Assembly (NCBI GenBank): GCA_019322815.1 | Contig: JAHWIB010000028.1 | Coordinates: forward strand, 1-16,504 | DNA from: Candidatus Woesearchaeota archaeon | GTDB lineage: Archaea; Nanobdellota; Nanobdellia; Woesearchaeales; WJKL01 | Length of the DNA stretch: 16,504 bases | Reading direction: 5' to 3' | Part shown: piece by piece, positions 1-6,500 of the stretch | How positions within the stretch are numbered: position 1 is the first letter of the stretch | Layout of the letters: each line of letters starts with the position of its first letter | Notes under the pieces: generated by a model | Databases searched by the model: none | The model's input: the letters and a program-made list of their open reading frames with translations, nothing else | Told to the model about the DNA's origin: nothing | Position numbers and translations under genes: made by a program

Positions 1-27
1 TAGCTATAATTGGAAGCATTTGGCTTA

Positions 28-252
28 TCATTTTTTATGTTTCTCCTTAAGGTATTGCATATCTTTTTCCATAGCTTTTTTAGTTTCTTTGTCTTTTGTT
101 ACATTTCTCAATTGATTTAATCTTCTGATGATTGTTGCATAGCTGTCTTTTTTAACAGCTTTGTTTAGAATTGCATGCCTTGCAGAATCAGACTGGGTCT
201 TTTTCCAGCCATATAATCCGCCTGGCATTACTTTAGCCCATTTTCTTGGCAT
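28..252 (-). CDS. hypothetical small basic protein (74 aa)
   Basis: Intact ORF lying 36 nt downstream of the 289..675 ORF on the same strand, with no TATA of its own, so probably co-transcribed. Lys/Arg-rich. I do not recognise a family. Confidence 0.45.
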   Translation of the reverse strand: MPRKWAKVMPGGLYGWKKTQSDSARHAILNKAVKKDSYATIIRRLNQLRNVTKDKETKKAMEKDMQYLKEKHKK

Positions 253-288
253 ATTTTTGAAACCTCTTTTTGAATACTTTGATTTTTT

Positions 289-675
289 TTATCTTATTTC
301 TCTCAACCACATCAAACCGACTTTTATCATCAATCTGTTGAATTTGTCGCTTATCTTGTATGTTTTCTTGTAAAGATCATAATCAACTAATCCCATGCTT
401 TTCATGGGTGTAAGGATTCTGTCGTAAAACTGCCTTTTGTTGTAAGAAAGCAATGGAGCCTGTTTTTTGAAAGGAGATTTATCAGCAGTTGTATCTACTA
501 ATCTTCCTTCATGCAGCTGCGTTGCAAATATAGACATCTCTGTCTTGCCTATCTCTCCTCCATTTTCCTTTATATATTTAATTAGAAGTTTAGCTACTGT
601 TTCCTGCTGATCTGTTGCAAATATTATTTTGAATATATCTTCTGGTAAATTAAACTGGTCAAATAGTATTACCAT
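289..675 (-). CDS. hypothetical protein (128 aa)
   Basis: Intact ORF. An AT-rich TATA-like tract (about 704-713) lies about 30-38 nt upstream of the ATG at 675. No motif I can name with confidence. Confidence 0.5.
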   Translation of the reverse strand: MVILFDQFNLPEDIFKIIFATDQQETVAKLLIKYIKENGGEIGKTEMSIFATQLHEGRLVDTTADKSPFKKQAPLLSYNKRQFYDRILTPMKSMGLVDYDLYKKTYKISDKFNRLMIKVGLMWLREIR

Positions 676-697
676 TGTTTACCACCACCCAAATACA

Positions 698-775
698 ACT
701 AGTAAATATATTCTCATATATAAATGTTACTATTTTGTATACTAGTTTTAACAAATGTAACATAACCAAACTAGT
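698..775. promoter_or_regulatory. candidate operator cluster: three ACTAGT palindromes; the middle one is the exact centre of an ATGTTAC-N10-ACTAGT-N10-GTAACAT dyad
   Basis: ACTAGT occurs at 698-703, 741-746 and 770-775. Inverted-repeat arms ATGTTAC (724-730) and GTAACAT (757-763) are symmetric around 741-746. The cluster sits in the promoter region of the 289..675 gene. Confidence 0.3.
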
Positions 776-831
776 ATAAAAATAGAAGGATTTAAGTTTA
801 TCATTATATGATTAATATTAAAAATATTTTT

Positions 832-841
832 TTATTTTAAG
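832..841. repeat. left copy of 10-bp direct repeat TTATTTTAAG (putative target-site duplication)
   Basis: Identical 10-mer at 963-972. The two copies directly abut the inverted-repeat element 842-962. Confidence 0.6.
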
Positions 842-962
842 GGTCTGTCCCAAATCTCGTTCGCTCAGCTGAGACTACTATTAAAATAATTATATCAGCT
901 GACGATGAGGTCTTATGATAAGCATCCTAGCTCACTTGCCGATTGGCGACTTGGGACAGACC
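842..962. mobile_element. MITE-like non-autonomous element (121 bp) with 12-bp perfect terminal inverted repeats
   Basis: The left end GGTCTGTCCCAA (842-853) is the exact reverse complement of the right end TTGGGACAGACC (951-962). The match extends to 14 of 15 positions. Flanked by identical TTATTTTAAG on both sides. No ORF inside. Visibly more G+C-rich than the surrounding spacer. Contains two TCAGCTGA palindromes (865-872, 895-902). Confidence 0.6.
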
Positions 963-972
963 TTATTTTAAG
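963..972. repeat. right copy of 10-bp direct repeat TTATTTTAAG (putative target-site duplication)
   Basis: Identical to 832-841 and immediately follows the right terminal inverted repeat. Confidence 0.6.
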
Positions 973-977
973 AAACA

Positions 978-985
978 TTTAAATA
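978..985 (+). promoter_or_regulatory. archaeal-type TATA box TTTAAATA for tRNA-Ala
   Basis: First T lies 32 nt upstream of the mature tRNA 5' end at 1010. The other two tRNAs and several CDS starts in the window show the same motif and spacing. Confidence 0.55.
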
Positions 986-1009
986 GGCATTATAAAAATA
1001 ATTTATTGG

Positions 1010-1142
1010 GGGCTCGTTGTCCAACGGCAAGATACCCGCTTGGCTTTTTCAACTCTGTTGAAAAGTTTAGAAAAACAGGGTTTTTCCAAAATGCGGGAGA
1101 TTCGGGTTCAATAAGATAATCTTGAAAATCCCGACGAGTCCA
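1010..1142 (+). tRNA. tRNA-Ala(GGC) with two short introns (anticodon loop, about 46 nt; T-loop, about 16 nt)
   Basis: Hand fold:
- Acceptor GGGCTCG (1010-1016) pairs with CGAGTCC (1135-1141), including the G3:U70 alanine identity pair; discriminator A1142.
- D-loop contains GG.
- Anticodon stem CCCGC (1035-1039) pairs with GCGGG (1093-1097). The loop starts TTGGC, giving anticodon GGC at 1042-1044.
- T stem TCGGG (1102-1106) pairs with CCCGA (1130-1134). The T-loop TTCAA..AT is interrupted by about 1112-1127.
Exact splice junctions are ambiguous by 1-2 nt. Confidence 0.75.
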
Positions 1143-1154
1143 TTAAATAGAGGT

Positions 1155-2000
1155 ATGATAAGATTGATTTTAGATGATGCAAAACCTTTGATAGAATTAG
1201 CACTAAGAGAAGATATTGGGAAAGGAGATATCACTTCTGATAGTATTATTCCAAAGGACAAGAGAATAGAAGCAGATGTTATTGCAAAGGAAAGTGGTAT
1301 TGTCTGCGGTTTAGATATTATAAGATTAGTTTATAAGACAATTGATCCAAATCTTGTTTTTAAGAAAAAATTAAAAGATGGAGAAAAAGTAAGAATAGGA
1401 CAAAAGATTATTAATATCAAAGGAAATGCAAGAAGTATTTTAACAGGGGAAAGGATTGTTTTGAATTTTTTGAGTGCTTTAAGCGGAACAGCAACTACAA
1501 CAAGGAAATATGTTGATAAGATTAAGAAGTATAAAACTAAAATATTGGATACAAGAAAAACAATTCCTGGATTCAGGATTCTACAGAAATATGCTGTCAG
1601 TATTGGAGGTGCTGTAAATCACAGAATGGGTCTTTATGATATGGTTTTAATCAAAGATAACCATATTGAAACAAATGGCGGGATCAAAAGCGCTGTTGAA
1701 TCTGTCAAGAAAAAGATTTCTAAAAATATCAAGATTGAAGTTGAAACAGAAACATTGAAACAAGTAGAAGAAGCTTTGGAATCTGGAGCTGACTGGATCA
1801 TGCTTGACAATATGTCTGTTGAAAACATGAAAAAGGCTGTTGAAATGATAAAAGGAAAAGCTAAAATAGAAGCTTCTGGAGGAATTACATTAGATAATCT
1901 TGAAGATGTTGCCAAAGTAGGAGTTGATTATATTTCTATAGGTGCTTTAACACATTCATTTGATAAAATTGATTTTTCAATGGTTGTTAAGAATGATTGA
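1155..2000 (+). CDS. nadC: nicotinate-nucleotide pyrophosphorylase (carboxylating) / quinolinate phosphoribosyltransferase
   Basis: The N-terminal LALREDIGKGDITS motif, the length and the overall sequence are typical of NadC as I recall the family. I moved the start to the ATG at 1155 (MIRLILDD...), because the track start at 1122 lies inside the tRNA-Ala 3' half. Stop is TGA. Confidence 0.9.
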   Translation: MIRLILDDAKPLIELALREDIGKGDITSDSIIPKDKRIEADVIAKESGIVCGLDIIRLVYKTIDPNLVFKKKLKDGEKVRIGQKIINIKGNARSILTGERIVLNFLSALSGTATTTRKYVDKIKKYKTKILDTRKTIPGFRILQKYAVSIGGAVNHRMGLYDMVLIKDNHIETNGGIKSAVESVKKKISKNIKIEVETETLKQVEEALESGADWIMLDNMSVENMKKAVEMIKGKAKIEASGGITLDNLEDVAKVGVDYISIGALTHSFDKIDFSMVVKND

Positions 2001-2514
2001 ATTAGAAAAAACTTATCTGGCTAAATTTATACCATCTAAATTAGAAAACAAAAAAGAAATGATAGATATCTATATCCCAGATGGCATTGATCATGCACCA
2101 ATAAGAATAAGAAAAAACGGGAATAAATTCTGCATAACAAAAAAACAGCCAGCTAAAGAAGATGATTGTTCTGTATTAATCGAGCAAACAATTGAACTTA
2201 GCGAGGCTGAATTTATTGAATTAGAAAAAGAGATCAAAGGAAGAAGAATAGAAAAAATAAGATACAATTTTAATCATAATGGAAACATAGCTGAGGTTGA
2301 TGTTTTCCAGGGAAAATTAAAAGGATTAGTATTAATTGATTTTGAATTTAAGACAGAAGAAGAAAAAGAAGGATTTGAAATGCCTGATTTCTGCTTGGCA
2401 GATGTTACCCAGAAAGAATTTATAGCAGGAGGAATGCTTTGCGGAAAAAGCTATGAAGAAATAGAAGAAAATTTAAATAGAATAGGATATAAAAAAATAG
2501 TTATAGGTGAATAA
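1993..2514 (+). CDS. CYTH-domain protein (triphosphate tunnel metalloenzyme family)
   Basis: The N-terminal MIELEK carries the ExExK signature of CYTH domains, and the size (about 174 aa) fits. The ATG at 1993 overlaps the nadC stop (ATGATTGA). The longer track start at 1960 would add a hydrophobic extension inside nadC. Confidence 0.7.
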   Translation: MIELEKTYLAKFIPSKLENKKEMIDIYIPDGIDHAPIRIRKNGNKFCITKKQPAKEDDCSVLIEQTIELSEAEFIELEKEIKGRRIEKIRYNFNHNGNIAEVDVFQGKLKGLVLIDFEFKTEEEKEGFEMPDFCLADVTQKEFIAGGMLCGKSYEEIEENLNRIGYKKIVIGE

Positions 2515-2515
2515 A

Positions 2516-2923
2516 ATGGAAGAATGTATATTCTGCAAAATAATAAATGGAGAAATTCCAAGTTCAAAGGTTTATGAGAATGACAAGGTAATTGCTTTTT
2601 TAGATATTGCTCCTGTCAATAAAGGGCATACACTAGTTGTTCCAAAAGAACATCATAAGGATATTATGGATACACCTGATAATATACTGGCAGAAACAAT
2701 TAAGGCTGTAAAGAAGGTGGCAAAAGCTGTTATGAAAGCAACTGGCGCAGAAGGATTTAATCTAGGAGTTAATAACGGCAAAATAGCAGGCCAGCTTGTG
2801 ATGCATCTGCATTTTCACATTATGCCAAGATTCGAGAATGATGGATTAAAGCTCTGGCCTGGCAGAAAATATGAAGGCAATGAGATAGATGAAATTGCCA
2901 AGAAGATAAGCAGTCTGCTTTAA
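2516..2923 (+). CDS. HIT-family (histidine triad) nucleotide hydrolase/transferase
   Basis: HLHFHIMPR histidine-triad motif and a CIFCKI N-terminus typical of HinT-like proteins. AGGTGA Shine-Dalgarno at 2505-2510, 5 nt before the ATG at 2516. The track GTG start at 2507 lies within that SD. Confidence 0.9.
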   Translation: MEECIFCKIINGEIPSSKVYENDKVIAFLDIAPVNKGHTLVVPKEHHKDIMDTPDNILAETIKAVKKVAKAVMKATGAEGFNLGVNNGKIAGQLVMHLHFHIMPRFENDGLKLWPGRKYEGNEIDEIAKKISSLL

Positions 2924-2963
2924 TCTAAAGATTATCCCAAAAATTATCCTTTATTTCTTGAAG

Positions 2964-2992
2964 TTTTTGAACTATTTACGTAATGGTAAAAA
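2964..2992. terminator. convergent intergenic region with T5 runs on both strands (possible archaeal oligo-T terminators)
   Basis: TTTTT at 2964-2968 on the plus strand, downstream of HIT. AAAAA at 2988-2992, which is T5 on the minus strand immediately after the stop of the 3000..3557 gene. Confidence 0.3.
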
Positions 2993-2999
2993 GAAGTAA

Positions 3000-3557
3000 T
3001 TAGAACCAATAACCTGCTGTTAAAACAATAATTCCTTTCACATTCTCACTTCCAATCATCATAATATAATTGAATTTTGCATCAATTCTATCAAACAAAG
3101 TGTTTATTCCAACGCCAATACCAACGCTTGTACTTGATTTTTCATCATGAACACCCATTGCTGGAATATCTATATCGGAAAATTCACTTAAAAAAGCAAG
3201 CCCTCCAGTAAAATAAATATCTGCAATACCTATTGATTTAGATTGATAGACTGCATCAACTCTTAGCAAAAAACTATCTGTTTCTATATATTGTTCAGAT
3301 GATCTAAAATAATCCAAATTTGCTTCAAGACCTAAATTCCTAACTCGCTCTATATCAAACCCATATGATACGCCGACTGCAAAAGAGGCATCATAATCTT
3401 TTTCTTCTTCTGCTACAGGACAGACTAACCCAGCTTTTGGTTCTATATATTGGTCTGGCAGAGGCGCGCATCCAATTGCTAATGAAGTAATACCTGCCAA
3501 AGCCCATATCTTAACTTTTTTAACTATTGATTCAAGATTCCCTATAATATTCATCAT
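3000..3557 (-). CDS. lipobox-containing beta-rich protein resembling small 8-stranded outer-membrane beta-barrels (OmpX/OmpW/OMP_b-brl-like)
   Basis: - N-terminal hydrophobic segment ends in AIGC (a lipobox-like L-A-I-G-C).
- Several alternating hydrophobic/polar strands: FAVGVSYGFDI, LEANLDYF, LLRVDAVYQ, IYFTGGLAFL, VGIGVGINTLF, AKFNYIMMIG, IIVLTAGYWF.
- C-terminal aromatic-X-F terminus.
- The start ATG overlaps the stop of the upstream giant gene (ATGA).
Family assignment is pattern-based only. Confidence 0.6.
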   Translation of the reverse strand: MMNIIGNLESIVKKVKIWALAGITSLAIGCAPLPDQYIEPKAGLVCPVAEEEKDYDASFAVGVSYGFDIERVRNLGLEANLDYFRSSEQYIETDSFLLRVDAVYQSKSIGIADIYFTGGLAFLSEFSDIDIPAMGVHDEKSSTSVGIGVGINTLFDRIDAKFNYIMMIGSENVKGIIVLTAGYWF

Positions 3558-6500
3558 TCATCACAATATTCATAACATTTTCCAAAACTGCAAACTTTTA
3601 TGCAGTTGATGCATCTTCCTAGAGTACATCCTTTTGGACATTGTTCAATTAATTGTCCATTGTCAGAATAACTGCAAGAAGCAGATGGAGTTCCTGGATT
3701 ATTGCAAATATAAGTTCTATAATAATCCCAAACATCATCTGCATTGCAATATTCATTTCCAATAAAGTCATCTGTACCGCAGTCAGAATCATAATAACAT
3801 TCAATTGCTGCACAATTTCCTTGATAACATGTATCAGTGCATGTTTCTTTTAACTGATTATTATCTGCATAATCGCATGAAGATGAACCAGTTCCAGGAT
3901 TAGAGCAGCTATAGTCTCTAAATGTGTCCCAGACATTGTCTCCATTACAGTAATCATTATCTAACCAATAATCTGCAGTGCAGTCATTATCATCATAACA
4001 TTCTACTGCAACACACAATCCAGATTCGCATGTGTCTGTACATATCTCTTTTGACTGGCTTGCATCAGAGTATGAGCATGATGCTAAAGCTGTTCCTGGG
4101 TTGCTGCAAGTATAAGTTCTGTAATCCTGCCAGACATCATCTCCGCTACAGTATGTACTGCCTACCCATCCGTCTGTTCCGCATTCAGCATCATTATAAC
4201 ATTCTATTGTAGCGCAAGAACCTTCATAACAAATTTCTGTGCATGTTTCTTTTAATGATGAAGTAATGCTGCTTGAACAGCTTGATGAAGAAGTTCCTGG
4301 GTTGCTGCAAGTATAAGTTCTGTAATCCTGCCAGACATCATCTCCGCTACAGTATGTACTGCCTACCCATCCGTCTGTTCCGCATTCAGCATCATTATAA
4401 CATGATATTGGGTCACAACTTCCTCCAGAACAAGTATCTGGACATGTTTCTTTTAATTGATTATTATCAGAGTATGAGCATGAAGAAGATGGAGTTCCTG
4501 GACTGCTGCATGTATAGGTTCTATAACCTTGCCAGACATTGTCTCCGCTGCAGTATGTACTGCCTATCCATGTATTTGTTCCGCAGTCTGAATTTGAATA
4601 ACATTCAATTGTAGCGCAAGCGTTACTATAACATGTGTCAGGACAGTCTTGTTTTAATTGTCCGTTATCAGAGTATGAGCATGAAGAAGATGGAGTTCCT
4701 GGATTGCTGCATGTGTAGGTTCTGTAATCCTGCCAAAGATCGTTGCCGTTGCAGTAAGAACTGCCTACCCATGTATTTGTTCCGCAGTCTGAATCAGTAT
4801 AACATGATATTGTAGTGCAAGAGCCAGACCAGCAAGCATCTGCGCAAGTTTGAACTAACTGCTCTTCAATATATTCGCTTTCATAACAGGCTCCTGAAAG
4901 ACATCCTCTGTTATAACATGTTCTGCTCTTATATACATCTCCTGATTTGCAATAATTACTGCTCCAAGAACCACAGCTGCCTGTGCCGCAGTCTTCAATT
5001 AATTGGGAAGAATCTGAATATGAACAAGCTGAACTAGTAGTGCCTGGATTTGTGCATGAATAAGTCCTGTAATCCTGATAAACATCATCACTTGTACAGT
5101 ATGTATCTCCTACATAACCATCTGAGTCACAATCAGAAGTTGAATAACATTCAATTACTTCTGAAGCTGGCTGGAAATCCAAGGCTCCACCATATATGCC
5201 TGGTGGAATAAAGTTAGCTAAAACTGTAAAACCTGGATCTAGTTTATACACTCTTTTATTAGTATAATCAGAACTCCAATAAAAACTTCCATCATAAGCA
5301 ATACCATAAGGACTTGAACTAGGTGCATTATGATCACTATGCGCAACCCCACTAAACCATTCAATCGAATAGACTTTTTGATCAACCATATCAGCATTTA
5401 ATATCCAATAATCGTTAGCACATCCCAAACCATAGGGATAATCTCCGGGGGTATTAAAACTATCTGAAACAGTACCATCAGTTGACATCCTATAAATTTT
5501 ATCATCAGTGCTATCTGAAACCCATAAATAACTTTTACACCAAGTTAGTCCGCTAGCAGAAGAACTAGGAGCATTGATTGTATCTACTATTATGCCAAAT
5601 GTAGTTACTTTGTAAACTTTATCAGCTTGAGCATCAACAATCCACAGATGGCTTCCATCCCATGTAATTCCAGTAGATGCTGATCCAGGGCTGTTAAAAC
5701 TATCAACAACAGTTCCGTCAGTCGTTAATTTGTAAATTTTATCATTCCACCAGTCAACATACCATAAATAACCATCAACAATGCACTGTCCTCCATCGCA
5801 GCCATCGCTGCAAGAGGTATATAATTGAGGAGTAGTTGAGTGTGAGCAGCTTGATGATGTAGTTCCTGGATTGATGCATATGTAGGTTCTATAATCCCAC
5901 CAAACATCTCCAGAATTGCAGTAAGGATAACCTACATACCAATCAACTCCACAGTCTGAATTTGAAGAACATTCTATAGAAACACAAGCTCCTGCTTGGC
6001 ACTCATCTGGACAACTTTCGATCATATTAGGAGTTGTGCTGCTTGAACAGCTTGAAGAAGGTGTTCCTGGATTATTGCAGTCATATGTTCTATAATCCCT
6101 ATAAACATCTCCTCCGCTGCAGTAGTTGCTTCCAGCCCAGCCGTCAGTACCGCAGTCTAAATCTGAATAGCAGGCAATACCTACACAACTTCCTCCAGAA
6201 CAAGTATCTGGACAATTTTGTTTTAGTGTAGGTGTATCTGTGCTGCTGCAAGAAGATGAAGGTGTTCCTGGATTATTGCAGTCATAGGTTCTATAACTTT
6301 GATAAACATCATTTCCACTGCAGTATGTACTGCCTACCCATCCATCTGTTCCGCAGTCTGAATCAGATGAACAACCAACAGCCTGGCAACTAGGATTGTT
6401 ATCAATACACATCTCATCTGAATTGCAATTATCTTGAACAGACCAAGCACCCCACATTATAGATCCAGTACAGCTGCTGCTTGAACCACTGCAATATTTA

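Noticed and set aside
841-962. G+C-rich ~122-nt segment closed by a 12-13-bp stem. I first considered a 5S rRNA (the size fits), another structured ncRNA, or a C/D or H/ACA sRNA.
   Set aside because: On neither strand could I find the conserved 5S loop C/loop E motifs (CCGAAC..GAAGTTAAGC, AGTAC..GGGAGA) or proper C (RUGAUGA) and D (CUGA) box geometry. The identical 10-bp direct repeats flanking the inverted ends are better explained by a transposon-type insertion. A structured RNA is not fully excluded.
1122-1154. N-terminal extension of the nadC ORF given in the track (start 1122, MKIPTSPLNRG...).
   Set aside because: It overlaps the T-arm and acceptor 3' half of tRNA-Ala. The ATG at 1155 gives a normal NadC N-terminus.
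1960-1992. Longer start for the CYTH ORF (MIKLIFQWLLR...).
   Set aside because: The extension lies inside nadC, and the ExExK motif begins right at the ATG at 1993.
2507-2515. GTG start for the HIT gene.
   Set aside because: The GTG is part of the AGGTGA Shine-Dalgarno that serves the ATG at 2516.
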